Numbered from the stretch's first letter, positions 1-12,892 are shown. The stretch: DNA of 64,000 nucleotides from Felis catus (GCF_018350175.1 NC_058372.1:39866001-39930000); one strand, 5' to 3'. Notes: a model not told the origin generated them from the letters alone. Numbers and translations are program-made.

Positions 1-1021
1 TTTCACTTGTGACAAAATGTTCTTGCTCAACACGTGACTTCAGGGGTTCCTCACGCCCAAAGTACTTCTCTCACAGCCTGTCAAAGAAACTTGACATTTC
101 GCTAGCGCTTCTTTCTGGTGTCTAAGGGAGTCCCACCTTTGATAGGTAACATTCCTTGCCAAGAAAGCCCGGCAATTATTAAGCCATTGTCAGTCACCTA
201 GACCTCAGGGTGGATGAGTTGACTAGACCCTTTCAATGAGAGTATGTTTCAGGAAGAGGCACTGCAGTAGGAAGAAGATTAGGCTGGCTGCGACCCCTGG
301 AGAAGGCAGGAGATGCCACTAAGGTGAAGCGCGCCCCAGAACAGGGAGGTCAGAGGGGCCCAGGGAGCTCTGACCCAGACTCTGACCCAACCCTGGGCCC
401 TCTCTGGCATAACAACTCTGGAAGGGCACAGACGGTGAGCAGGAGACGGGCCTGGGTGTGCAGAGCCCCCAAGAATGACCTCTGACTCCCATCCCTTACG
501 GCCCAGACTTACAACGGGGCCTCAGATAAAGAGTGTGATAGGCACCTCTTATCACCCCACACAACCTTGGACTCCCACCCAGCTCAGGACAAAGTCAGAA
601 ATGGTTTTACCTGGGCCCCAGGGCTCCCCCAGTGAGCCCCTCATTTCTGCTGCCCTCATCAAAAAGGCTGGAGCCCTCAGGGCGGTTCCCCTACAGCCCT
701 GAGGCCTGGAATAGCAGGAACCAGGGCGAGCCCACAGCTGGTCACCTGACACCTCCAGTTCAGGGGACGGGGAGCACAGTCAAGGGGGAGGGGCTGGGAC
801 CACAAAGAAAACAACCAGCGCAGGCCCCTTTGCAGGGATGCTTCCCAAAGTGTCTACACAGCCACCCTCCCCCGAGTCCTGACCACAGCCTCAGGAAGGG
901 GCGGGGGCAGGACCCCTCGCCACCCTCATTTTCCCTATGAGGCTTGAAGCACTGAAGTAGCTTCCCCAAAGCCATGTAGCAAGTTTATGGCAAATCTCAG
1001 TTCCTGGCTCTATTCCCAGAT

Positions 1022-1237
1022 CAGAATTTCTCAATCTCAACACTGACACTCTGGGGCCAGATAAGTCCTTGTAGGGGGCTGCCCGGGGCATTGTAAGATA
1101 TTTAGCAGCATCCCAGGCTTCTATCCTTTAAGTGCCAGCAGCATTTCCTGAGTTGTGACAGCTAAAAATGTCATCAGACATTGCCAAATGTCCCCTAGGA
1201 GGCAAAATCGCCCCCCCCCCCCGGTAGAGAACTACTG
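1022..1237 (+). mobile_element. MER20 (hAT-Charlie) DNA transposon fossil
   Basis: CAG..TTCTCAA and GAGAACTACTG termini; internal AGTTGTGACA..AAAAATGTC..CAGACATTGCCAAATGTCCCCT..GGCAAAAT signature. Confidence 0.8.
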
Positions 1238-1569
1238 CCCTAGGGGACCCGGAAGGATAGGCACCTGCCAATTCTAAGTTGCATGGTACCTTCTGAGGGC
1301 TCTAGCCCTATAGCCTTCCTCCTCCTTGGCCAGATGTGTTGGGCAAGAGGGCCTGAGTCCTCTGTGAGCTTAGTACCCTCTGGGCAGAGGCTGCCCCATT
1401 GCGGGTCTCCTCTGAAGACCATCTTCCTACCCCTCCAACCTCCAGCCCTTCGCTGGCATTCAGTATTATAATAGTCTCTCGGCTATTTTGATCACAAACT
1501 CTTATGAGGAAAAAATGATGGGCACCCCCACTGCCTGCTTCTTTCCTCACAAACTGCTGATAAATACCA

Positions 1570-2450
1570 ACGTATGGATATATCGTGCGGGTCAGCCAGC
1601 ATCCACAAAAACAGATCTACAAAACAGATGAGAAGGGGAGTGAGATGAAAAGTGATACCCACGATGAGCTTCTGTTACGCACTCACCAGCACGACAGCCA
1701 TTAAGCAGTCTGCCAACACCAAGTGTTGGCGACACTATGGAGAAACGGGAACTCTCAGGTGCCACTGGTGAGGAATAAGTTGGTACAACCACTTAACAAA
1801 ACATTTCCTAAAGGTGAAATATGCATTGGACACCCTGTGTTCTAGCAATTGCACTCGGGGTTATCGGCCCTCTGGAGAAGGGTACGCACCGACGCACCAG
1901 GAAACACGTACAAGGATGGTCTTAACAGTAGCGCTCACGGTAGCCAAGGAAGGAAAGCAAACCAAATGCCCGCAAGTGGCAGGACGGATGCAAACATGGT
2001 GGCAAGTGCATGCCGTGGAATGAACTGCGTGTACAGCCGTGAACGTGGGCTCCGCGGAGCAACGTGGGTGAACTTCACAAACGCACTGAGTGGACAAGAC
2101 ACAACGTTAGAGAACATGTTCGGCGTCGTTCTGGCTGTATCAAATTCAAAATCAGGCAAAGCTACGCTCTTTTGATAAAGATTGCAGACATCAGTGGTTA
2201 CGTGATAAGAAAAAGCAATTACTGATTACCAGAAAGATCAGGATAGTGGTTACCTCGGGGGGGAAGGGGTTGTGACAGAGGCGAGGCTCACCAGCTGATT
2301 TTGGAGTGCAGGCTACGTTCTATTTCTTCACTGGGGTGGTGGCTGCCTGGGTGTTCACTTTTACAATGACTTATTACGGTGTGCATGTATGTTTACGTGC
2401 ATATCAGCACTCATGGTGCATTTCACAATAAAAGGGGGAGACAAGGGTGG
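1570..2450 (+). mobile_element. Old L1 (L1M-type) 3' fragment
   Basis: Decayed ORF2 C-terminal and 3' UTR-like motifs (CTAGCAATTGCACTC, GGATAGTGGTTACCTC, GTTCTATTTCTT..CTGGG). Boundaries approximate. Confidence 0.6.
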
Positions 2451-4619
2451 GATATAAATAAACAGAAACAGAAGTTCTACTATTATCTTCTCACACCTGA
2501 CTTTGAGAACCACTGTACTTAGGCCCCACAAACTGGATGAGAATCTATAGCTAAGTCACAGGGTGGGACTATCCGGAGATGCTCAGGGCTGTCCGTGGAG
2601 GGGCTCCCCCAGCTGGCCAGGGAGCCAGCTCTGGCTCCTTGCATCTCCCCACCACCACTTTGGGGGTGTCCCAGCCACTGCAAGCCCCTGGCTCCTCAAG
2701 GGCAGGGGGCTACCTCAGGCTGGGTGCCTTCACACCCACCTCACTCTGCCCTGGGTGAGATTCCTCTGGGAGCCCCCCTGCCCCCCGACAGCAGGGCTCG
2801 GAGATTCACACTGGGGAGGCACTAAAGGAGCCCTCTGAATACACCAAAAGGAGGGAGGCAGAAAAAAGAAATTAAGAGGGAGAGAAGGGGTGAGAGAGCA
2901 GGAGAGAGAGACATACATGCATGGAGGGCCAATGTTCCACATGCAGTGGAAGTCAATGGAGGTAGAGAGGGATGAGGACGTGGGGAGCAGAGGAAAGGGG
3001 GAAGAAGGGACGATGCTGGAGGCGGGGGGAGCAGAATCCCTGCCCCAGGTTCCTGGTCAAGTCTTGGGGCTCAGCAACAGGGAGACCCAAAGAGGTCTGA
3101 GTGGTTGGGCCCAACTGAGCACCACATCCCCCATGGCCCAGGGCTTCCGAGTGCAGGTGGGTGGCCAGCCACCTCCCTGTGGCTCCTTCCCCCTTGCACT
3201 CAGCAGCCACTAGTCCTCCTGGAAGGAAGGACTATGTCCAGGACTGAGGCTTCCCACGTCTGCAGAGGTGACTCCCAGGTAAGAGGACCCAGGGAGCAAC
3301 AGAGCTGCCCTTTTGGGGGTCTGGAGGGTGCATAGGGCTGAGCCAAGGTCTCCATGTTTGCATGAGTCCCTTTGTAAACTCTCTAGACCAAGGAAGAATG
3401 CTTTTCAGAGCAAAGAGCATACATTCATTTAGTATGTAATTCTGTACTATCTTAACACCAATCTGCCTTTCTCTGTCCTCTGGTTAGTGAAATTCCCAGT
3501 GAGGCTGTCAGCTTTGAGGGAGGAGCTGTGTTCTTATTCCCACCCACCCTGCTTGGCCGGCACAGTGTTAGCTACCCAGGAGGTGCTTAAGGCCATGGGG
3601 TGCCGGAGAGCCTCCCTCACGCTGCCCAGGCCTCAGTCCTCTACTCTCCAAAATATAGGGGTAGTAGTAGCCAGCTGGCTACTAAGCCTCCCAGCCCCAC
3701 AGCCCCAGTCGGCCCACGGCAAAGCCAGCCAGCACCATGCTTCAGGGGCAGCTGAGAACACACCTGGCTAGAGCCAGGAGAGGACAAGACGCAACAGGGG
3801 CGGGACAGGATAGTGTGTCACCTCCTGGCCACTCCATACCTCTGTAGGGGGGCTGAGGCAGGTGCTGTCCCCAAACCAATGATAAACAAGGCAGAGGACA
3901 GGCTGTGACTTCCCTTGGCAAACAGGAGAAAACAAACCGGAGCCCCACCCCACAGACCCACTAGTAGAACCAGGGGTGGGGGCTGGGGGAGGGGTTGGCA
4001 GTGGGGGAGGGTGGCGAAGGGGGGTTGGGAGGGGTGGGGGGGGCAGGGAGGTGCTGTTGGCAAACTCTCTACAGGAAGAGACAGATGGTCAGCCCCAAAC
4101 CAGAGTGAGGCTGGACCTGGATCCTGGGGAGGGCGGGGGCTGGGGGCAGAGCTCCTTCTTGTCCAGCTATGTACCTGTCCCTGAGTTTTAGTACATGAAG
4201 GTGATACCCTGCCTGCAGGGCAGAGACCCCGAGTAAAGCGTTTGCTGTGTCCTCATTTCTGGGCACTTGATGGGGCTCAAGTCACACCCATTCACTCACT
4301 CACTCCACAAAGATTTACTGAGCACCCACTGTATACCGGGTTCTCTTCTAAGCACTGGGGATAGGGCACCTCTTCTCGCCTCCCACTGAGGTTTGCCCCA
4401 GCTCGCCCAGCTTCCAAGGAAGGAACTGCCCCAAGAGCCCAGGGGTGAACCCCCAAGGTGGCCTGACTATCTGCTGTCCTGAAGGCCCAAGTCCTCCTAG
4501 AAGATGATGGAGACACCCTTACATCCAACAGTGACACCTCCTCCTCCCTCCGCCCTCCCAGCATCTCCAGTCTGAGGAAAGGAGAAGGGAACAGCTGCTT
4601 TTTGTGCATGTTTTATCAT

Positions 4620-4660
4620 TTTTTAACTTTTTTTTTAACATTTATTTATTTTTGGTGGGG

Positions 4661-4698
<38 letters not shown>

Positions 4699-4863
4699 AT
4701 GAGAGGGGGAGGGGCAGAGAGAGAGGGAGACACAGAATCTGAAGCAGGCTCCAGGCTCCAAGCTGTCAACACAGAGCCTGACTCGGGGCTCGAACCCACG
4801 AACCGTGAGATCATGACCTGAGCTGAAGTTTAACCCTTAACTGACTGAGCTACCCAGGCGTCC
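4620..4863 (-). mobile_element. Carnivore tRNA-derived SINE (SINEC/CAN-SINE)
   Basis: Reverse complement of GGGxCGCCTGGGTxGCTCAGTC...(CT)n...A tail; followed by a poly-T run at 4869-4907. Confidence 0.9.
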
Positions 4864-4867
4864 CTAT

Positions 4868-4908
<41 letters not shown>

Positions 4909-5435
4909 CAAGAAACACAATTCAAACAGCGATCCAATACTTGCCCACCATGGGGTAGAAAAGTAAAATAACATGATGGGTGTTTCTACAGCCTCATTTC
5001 AACAAAGTCAAGGGCCACTCTGGATGCCCCCCCCACCCCACCCCGTGTTCCAGCAATGCCACTCTGGCTCCAAGCACTTTTGCAGGAGGAGCTTTAGATC
5101 CTGCCCCGTGTTCTGATGACTCCTGGGGACAGTGCTGTCCTTTGTTGTCCACCTCATCCCACTGTACTTAAGCAGCAATGATTTTCTGAGCACTTGTCCC
5201 AGAGGGTCTTGTGCCAAGACCACAAGGCTGGACAGTGGTCAGTTTAATGGGAGGTGGGGGCAGGGAGGCAGAGTGGGCAAGGGAAGCCGATTATACCAGG
5301 GACTGGCGGTCACCAAATGGTTTCACAGTGGTCCCTGCCTCGTGGGACCTGGCTTCAGAAAGGAGACAGACCTAAGAGGCCCAAAGCAATCAGAGACCCA
5401 GGAGACAGAAAGCTCTTGGCTGGGTAGCTACAAAG

Positions 5436-5646
5436 CAGCGGGTTCTCAGAGTGTGGTCTGGGGACCAGCAACATTAGCATCCATCTCCCAAGGACTCATC
5501 CGAAATACAAATTCCAGACCTACTGGAATTTGCAGACCTACTGATTCCAGACCTACTCAATCAGGAACCCTGGTGGTAAAGCCTAGCGATCTGTGTCTTA
5601 ACAACTGCTCCAGGCGATTCTGATGCCCAAATTTGAGAGCCACAGC
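5436..5646 (+). mobile_element. MER5A-like hAT DNA transposon fossil
   Basis: CAGCGGGTTCTCAGAGTGTGGTC...CAGACCTACT..AATCAG...GATTCTGATGC..TTTGAGAGCCAC. Confidence 0.7.
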
Positions 5647-5684
5647 CTTGGAGAAAGGGCATCAGAATCATTTGGGGAATTTTT

Positions 5685-5854
5685 TTAAACTTTATTTATT
5701 TATTTTGAGAGAGAAAGGGAGATCACGTGAACAGAGAGGGCAGAGAGAGAGGAGAGAGAGAATCCCAAGCAGGCTCTGCACAAACCATGAGATCATGACC
5801 TGAGCTGAAATCAAGAGTCAGGCATTCAACCAACTGAACCACTCAGATACTCCC
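5685..5854 (-). mobile_element. Internally deleted carnivore SINE with target-site duplication
   Basis: SINE body lacking its middle segment, flanked by CATTTGGGGAATTTTT at about 5669 and about 5854. Confidence 0.8.
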
Positions 5855-5907
5855 ATTTGGGGAATTTTTAACATATTGATGCCAAAGCTCCTCCTTCAAG
5901 AGTCACA

Positions 5908-5909
<2 letters not shown>

Positions 5910-5954
<45 letters not shown>
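5910..5954. repeat. (AT)n microsatellite
   Basis: Direct reading. Confidence 0.95.
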
Positions 5955-5959
<5 letters not shown>

Positions 5960-6774
5960 ACCAAGGATTTGGACAGGGGGAGGGGCGCAGAGGAGCGTGT
6001 ATCAGGAGAAGGGACCAGCATGAACAAGGGCTGGGAGGAGGAAATATGGACTATGGATTTCTGGCAAGTCTGCTGGAATTAGGGATTAATCCCCATGGCA
6101 TCACATTTTACTTTAGGGTCTCTGCCATTGGGAGAAAAGCCAACAAGGAGGCTTGCCCCCAAGGAAGCTGGAAGGGGGCAGGCATGGTCAGACGTCCCTT
6201 CTCCCCTCCTCCTCATGCCCACACTTAAGGGCCAGGAAAGAAAGCTGGTGATGACTCTGCCTCTTGCTTCTGCCCCTCTCAGCTACCCTCTGCTGTCACC
6301 CCCTGCCCCGTCGCCCCACAGCGAAGCACTTCCTGTGGGCACAACAAGTCCCAGATCCTGCCCTGTTGCTGGGATATCATGGCTGCCTTCGGTCACACTG
6401 CAGCCAAGGGGATCTGTACATCGGGTGCAGAGGGGAGGAGGGGCAGGCAGCAGAAGTGCAGGGGAAAGCTATGGGTCAGGAATGGGGAGTAAGTGGCCAA
6501 GCCAGATGCTACCCAAGGAATCCCCAGGGCCAGGGCCAGGGCCAGGGCAGGGTGGGGCAGGGGTTCCAGAGATGCTGCAAGCATTGCCAAGTTCCCTCTG
6601 CTACCTTGTCAAATGTAGAGACCAGGTGTGGTCAACAGGGAACAGTGGGGGTTGCGGCCAGGGAAGCCACAAAGCGCCCCCCGTAAGGCATTTCGTTTGA
6701 GGATGTCAGACGTGCGGCGGAATCCTGTTTGCAACCCATAGGTCTTTTTTTTTTTTCTTCACTGGACCTCTCTA

Positions 6775-7060
6775 TGCCTCCATTTCCTCACTTGGAAATG
6801 AGAAATAAAGAAATAAATGAGCCGTAAGAGTCCATCATGATAACACTTTTTTGAGCATGACACCATTCGAGGTCCTGTACATGCAGCGTGCAGCAGAATA
6901 CTTAGCCCTCACTATAGCACTGTTAGTCTGGGTGTGCAAACAGAGGCACAGCAGGGTTAAGCAGCTCGCCCAGGGCCACACAGCTGGTAAGTGGCAGAGG
7001 TGGGATTCCAAGCCAAACAGCCTAGCCCCAGAGCTCATGCTCTTAACAATCTCCTGGCTA
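6775..7060. mobile_element. MIR fragments
   Basis: GCCTCCATTTCCTCA..GAAATGAG and AACAGAGGCACAG..GGTTAAG..CAGCTGGTAAGTGGCAGAG..GGATTCCAA MIR core motifs. Confidence 0.6.
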
Positions 7061-7200
7061 GGTGGCACTTAGCTAGTGCTCAGTACACACTGGCTGTGAC
7101 TATGTCCCAGGAAAAACTGGCTGGTCACACCACCAGGGCCAGCCTATAGCTACAACTCTACTGAGTGGACTTCAGCAGTACCCCCTACCACACCCCCCAC

Positions 7201-7202
<2 letters not shown>

Positions 7203-7244
<42 letters not shown>
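7203..7244. repeat. (CA)n microsatellite
   Basis: Direct reading. Confidence 0.95.
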
Positions 7245-7247
<3 letters not shown>

Positions 7248-10200
7248 CACGTCCCTCCCTTTTGGAAGCCTCTCCTGTCCAGGTGCCTTTGCCAAAGATA
7301 GGTAGAGGGTTCACATTGGAGGGTACCCCACAGATGATCTAGGTACACAGATGTGGAAACTGAGGCTGAGAGGAGCAGGGACCTGCCCCAGCCACATAGC
7401 CTGTCAGTGAGAGGACACCAGTATGCTCACGACTTTGGCCACGGCTCATTCTCCCTCCATAGCTGCTACAGACTTGTCCCCACATCTGAGTAAACACGTG
7501 CCTAGTGAGGGCTTTGCTGTAAGTTAATGTGTGAGGTTACCAAGGAGACCCAGGAAGCCTGGTCTGAACTCCTCTCCCCGGGCAGGTCGGGAGAGCTCTC
7601 AGCACAGAACTCTGGTCACCTGTGTCAGCAGCTCAGCAGCACTACTGGGAGACAGGTGCAGTCCTGGGGCAGAGGCCTCAGCAAGCTCCCACCCCTGCTC
7701 AGAGCAGGACACCCTGTTGGGGAAGAGAAGGTTGCCAGACCACCCTCTGCCCACCTTTTCGGACAGAACGCCTAAGAAACCCTGAAGTGGTCTTCTTTAG
7801 AGATTGAGAACATGGATTTTGGAGTCACTTGGGCCCAGGTTAGAATCTCTACCACTCTGAAGCTGTGTGACTTCAGGCAACTTGCTTAACTTCTCTGAAT
7901 CTATGTAATGAAAACAATCATCCCTACTTCGTTCCAAAGAGCAAACACACAATATAAATGTTGGCAACTATTGTTTATAACTTTATTAGGATATTCTATT
8001 AGAGCATAGAGACGAGATGAATATTCTAATATAATATCGTGTGATACTCTCATAGACACACACGTACACAATTCATCTGTACACATGTATCTAGATACCT
8101 AGAATCTCATAACCACACACACAAAACTCGTATCAATCTCACTCACCCACAGTGGAACACACAGCAACCCTATGGACTCACCATGTACCAGGCACTGCTC
8201 CACCCTGAATCCTCACAAGAGCCCAGAAGGAGCGTGTGTTTGTCTCTCTCTTTTTTCAGATGAGGATATACACCTTACATGCACATGCACTTGCTGCATC
8301 CTGGGACGTGGACACTTCTGGCAGCACTGGAAATCCCGAACTCCCTCCCTCTGGAGCAGAGGAGGTCAACCCAATTTCCACGGTCATCTCCAGGGCAGCC
8401 CCAAGCTGGGCCCCAAGTGCTGACTGCCCTCCATCCCTAGGACAAAGGCCCAACCTGGCTTTCATGCCAGCTGCGGTTGGGGAACCCCCCTGCTGCCTGC
8501 TGCCGGCAGAAACCAAGTTGACTTTGAAAAGGAAGAGACAGAAGCCAGGGGGTGGCTGAGCCACTCCCTGTGGGGGCAGGTGCTAAGTAAGTCTATAAAC
8601 TCCAGCTAATGATACAATTACAGCCATAAACAAAGCTCCAAGAGGAATCAGGGCCAGAAGCCAGACCCTCAAAGGACAGCCAGGCCTGAAGGGTGGGAGG
8701 CTGAAAGGGGGCCTCAATGGCAATGGAGGTGGGCATTGGGTATCCCAGCATCCCAGGCCCCTGGATGGGCTCCTGCCTGCCCTAGCCCACCCCCTGTCCA
8801 TCTGACTGTGAGTCACCCTGCCATCAGCCCTCGGAAGCCCAGCTAGTTTTCCATGAATGTAGTGTTCACCTGAGGGGATGTCCCCTGCCCCACGCCCTGC
8901 ACCACTTCCGTGGGAGCTGGAATAGGATTCTGATTTGTCTGCACCTCGCAGAGGGCAAAATAGCACTGTAGCTGTAACAGGCCTTGTAAACTGTAAGTAA
9001 CGTTGGCCCCCTTCCAGAGAAGCGAGCACAGAGTCACCCAAACGGCACTTCATTTACACTTTCTGGTTCCCAGTTCTCCCACCCCAGCAGCCGGGGCGGG
9101 GGGGGGGGGGCAGGCAGAAAGAAGGTGACTGAGTAAATTGCTTTTACCCATGACTGGGTAAACTGAGGCATGGCACCAGCATACCAGCAGACTACCACGC
9201 AGGACTCTCCCCTCCATTGTGTCTAAGACTGGCCTTTATCGCTGGCATCTCTCCCCCAGACTGTGATCTGCCTGAAGGCAGGGCCTAGAGGCTGTCCACC
9301 AGGCTGGGCACGGAGAAAGCCTCAGCGCGAACAGGCTAAGGAGCCAAGAACTACGTTCTGATCTGAGCCAACCGCATCTGGCCGCCCAAGAGGAAACCAG
9401 AGCTACCTCCTCCCCCCACCCCAAGAATTGCCAGGTCTTGGGCCAGTGGAATCTTGGACCGGGAGGGTGCAGGGGCCCGAGCCCACATCGGAGAAGTATC
9501 ACTAAGGGCCTGCATCGGCCTTGCCCCTTCCCTGCTCAACTAAGACCCCTCACTCAGGGTGGGGTCTGGGCGGCAGTTAACACTTCTCCGGCGGACGCAA
9601 AGCCAAAGAAAGCACCGCATTCAACGCCAGTCCGAAACCGTTCGCGCCGAACAGTCCCCAGAACAGACGGGCGAGAGACTCCCGGCTGGAGTGGACTGTG
9701 ATGGGAAGGGCTCCGCGGTGAGCGGCCGCCAGAGAGCGGGGAGGGGAGCTCCGGGCAGTGCGGACGCGCGTGCAGACGAGCCCCGCCCCGGGCGCCCTCC
9801 CTTCTTCCCCCCTGTGCGCGGGGCCGGGGCACGCCAGGCGGCTGCGGCGCGAACCTGCTCGCGCAAACCGGAGCAGCTCGGGGCAGCCGTGCGTGAAGCC
9901 AGAACCCCTGGCCGAGAAGAGGCCAAGGGGCGGGAACGGAGCTGACATCAACCCTCTCCCTTCAAGGAGGGAAGTGCACGCGCGGCGCCCGCGTAGCTGA
10001 CCCGGGTTCGGGGAGGTGGGGAGAAGGCTGTGAGCGGAGTTAGGGGGCGGGGCAGCATGGGGTTGGGCGGTGCGAACTAAGGGAATAAGGGGAAGGGGGC
10101 GTGTTTTCCGGGATTCGGGACCTAGAAGGTGGGGGGTACTCGGGGACGGGCAGATGGCCGGGAGCTCCCGGGAAAGTAAAAAGAGGGGCGCGCGGAGGGC

Positions 10201-10931
10201 GAGCTCTGGGCTTGGGGCTCCCACAGGTCGGGGAATAATGCAAGGAGGAGAAAAAGACAGAGCTCAGGGATACCAGGGGACGCGGGCAGCGGCGGCTTCT
10301 TCAAGACACCGAGGGAGAAGAAGGGACGGGAAGGGGGGTGGGGAGGATGGTACTTCCACCCGCCCCCCTCCAGCCCGGGGGCGTGGCGCCGCCCCGGCCC
10401 TCCCACTCCCCCGGACCATCCAGGTTGGGCCTGGCTGGGCCAGACTCGGCCCCCGCACACCTCCCGGGCCTCCGGCGCCGTCCCGCGTACCACCCGCCCC
10501 AACCGCCTCCGGTGGAGAAGGAGTAGGCGCAAGGCCCACACGTCCCTCAAACTTGTTGCAAGTTCACTCCCACGCCTCCCGCCCCTTCGACTCCCAGCTC
10601 CGGAGCCGGGAAGGCCCATGCCCGCCCCGGCCCCTCCCGCCTGGTTACATAAGGTCGCAGAGAAGCCAGCCGCCCCCGGCCCGGGCCTGCAGTGAGGGGC
10701 CGGAGGAGTTCCTGGGCTCGGCGGGCAGCGCCACTCCGGCCATGTGCCCAGCGTCTCGGGCTAGACGGACAGCGGGGCGGGTGGCGGCGCGGCGCACACA
10801 CTCCCTGTCCCCTCTTCAGCCGGCACCCCCATCCACCCACCTGTCTCCCGGACCCACAGAATCAGGGCGGGGGAGCCTGGGTCCGGGGTTCCCAGCCTTC
10901 CGCTCACCCTTTGGCCCTCGGTCCCTCTCAC

Positions 10932-11200
10932 CTATCTCTGAAGGTCAATCCGTCCGCCGCCTGTCCCCCGCGGCTCCGGCAACTTGTCCCAAGTTCAGGT
11001 GTCCGGCCCGCGAGCTGCGCCTGCCGCCCCCTCCCGGACTCCTCCGGCTCCACGCCACCGGGAAGGCCCGCCCTGCCCGCCCTTTCACGCTGCCGTCGGC
11101 GCCGCCGCCGCTCCCTATGTCCAGCCCGCGGCCGCCGCCTCCGCTGTCACCGAGCCCCGCGCCCGGCGCCAGGGCTCCCACTGTCAATCCGCACCCACTT
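10932..11200 (-). other. TFEB: TFEB non-coding exon 1 (5' UTR); 5' boundary approximate
   Basis: AG|GTGAGA donor at 10931, inside a GC-rich island. Confidence 0.72.
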
Positions 11201-11290
11201 CCCGCCGCGCCCGGCAGAGGGCAGCACACGCCCCCCCGCGGTCCCGCCCCGCCCTGCTCCGCCCCTCGAGGGCCTACCGCGGCGCCCGCG

Positions 11291-11343
11291 GGGAAATGTA
11301 GTCCCTCCCGTCGGTTCTGCCAGGCACGCCGGGATTTGTAGTC
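11291..11343 (-). promoter_or_regulatory. Two ZNF143/THAP11-type ACTACAnnTCCC motifs upstream of the TFEB TSS
   Basis: GGGAAATGTAGTC (11291-11303) and GGGATTTGTAGTC (11331-11343), i.e. GACTACATTTCCC and GACTACAAATCCC on the minus strand. Confidence 0.7.
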
Positions 11344-12769
11344 CCACTCTGTGGGCCCTGGCCTGGGTAAGGGGGACTTGGCATTTAACTTGGAACTTAT
11401 GTCGCACTTCGTTTCTGCCCCTTTTGCAAGTTTTTTTCTCTTCTCAGTCAGTGATGCCACGCACTCCAGCTCCCTATGTACACCCTGTGGCCTCTCTGAC
11501 CCCAAGGAGAGGCCTGCAGGAGGCTGTCTTGCCTGGAGTCTAGGAAGGATATAGGGTCCCAGATAGTGTGCTGTTGCTATAGAAACTACTGCATGGCAAA
11601 CCTCAGTTTCCCTCATGTTTGGGAGTGGAATGCCAGACTTGGATCTCGTGCTTTCACCCCTGCACCTGAACATAAGGGACAAGGCTGGGGTCAGGCTGAT
11701 CAAGGACAGCATGGAAAAATATGTCCAAGGAGCCTCCCTCCCTCCCATTATGAGTTTTCCAATTATACCCCTCCTCAAGCCTCATCAGTCCTACCTGGCT
11801 GGTGACCCCCACCACCATGCTGCAGGGAAACATTTTGCAGATCTACTTCATGTCATTCCCCTGTTGGAAGTTACATAGCTCTGAGCTACCCTTCTCTGCT
11901 TTCCCCACTTCCTCCTCTGCCCAGTACCACGTAGCCCCAGATCTGTGGGTCTTTGGCGGGTGGCTCCTAAGGAGAACAGGAATGAAATCTAGAGGGAGAA
12001 AACATCTCTTGTTCACTTCGTTACAACAAATGGGCTTGATTTCCCGGTGATTCCAAGTAGCTATTGCTCTTGTCCACAATTAAGGGCCAGCCCTTCTTCA
12101 AACAGACCCTTGGGGCGTAAGGGTCTAGGTGTAAATATGATCAGTTTCACTCAACCCAGACCTTCTGACGCCCTCTTGGAAACAGGTTCTGGTAGCATCA
12201 CCCTCCTCCCGGAAGGACCCATGATTGCCACGAGTGCACACAGGCATCCAGCATCTCTCAGAAATTCCCATGCAAACCTGATCACAGGTGAGGAGCCAAA
12301 GGCCTAGGTGTAGGATGCATTGGAAACCCCAGTCACAGTGCTAGAAAACTTGCCTGGGGTGATTCTGGTGGTCATTCGGTCAATTAAGTCAGCGGAGCAT
12401 TTTGGGTGGTTGGGGTAAGGCCCCTTGACCCATCACAAAGGAATGCCCTGCTTCAATGTCAACTACCACTGTCTTCTCTCTCCAGAGACAAGCTGTGAAG
12501 AGACTCCAAGCTCTGAGGGGTAGAGGGACCATTCCCCGAGCCCTACCTCATGCCCCATCCCTCTTAGAATCTCAGTAACCCTCCTCCCCGCTCCCACCCC
12601 CGGCCACCACAAGCCTCCTAGCCGCTCAAGGAGAACACGGTCCAGTAGAGGCAAATCTACCCCTGACTCCCACTCTTCCCCCCCCCCCCCGATTCTTGTG
12701 ATAGGAGCTGCTTTACAGGCCACAACTGCCCTCTAAAAACAACACGCTGGCCAACATGGAAAAGAACTA

Positions 12770-12775
12770 TTTATT
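12770..12775 (-). terminator. PGC: PGC polyadenylation signal AATAAA
   Basis: TTTATT on the plus strand, about 120 nt downstream of the PGC stop. Confidence 0.8.
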
Positions 12776-12892
12776 ATGAGAGAAAATCCAAAATCTAGAA
12801 AAAGAAGGCTGAGTCCAGAGAAGAAGCACACAGAGAAGCTCGGGGTGGGGGATCTAGAGGAAGAAGGGAGCCCAGGCATCCAGGCACTCAGT

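Larger units (their letters stand above)
1..11200 (-). other. TFEB: TFEB 5' region: non-coding exon 1 plus the first ~10.9 kb of the long intron 1; coding exons lie beyond the window start
   Basis: The minus strand reads ...GGACGGATTGACCTTCAGAGATAG|GTGAGA at 10932/10931, matching the end of human TFEB exon 1 as I recall it (ATTGACCTTCAGAGCGAG). CpG island present, and synteny places it directly downstream of PGC. TSS approximate. Confidence 0.8.
9550..11350. promoter_or_regulatory. CpG island / TFEB promoter
   Basis: Very high GC and CpG density, multiple GGGCGG boxes. Confidence 0.85.

Noticed and set aside
9559-11778. Long ORFs (423, 283, 277, 215 aa) over the TFEB CpG island
   Set aside because: Pro/Arg/Gly/Ala-rich stop-poor frames expected in GC-rich DNA; no domain signature.
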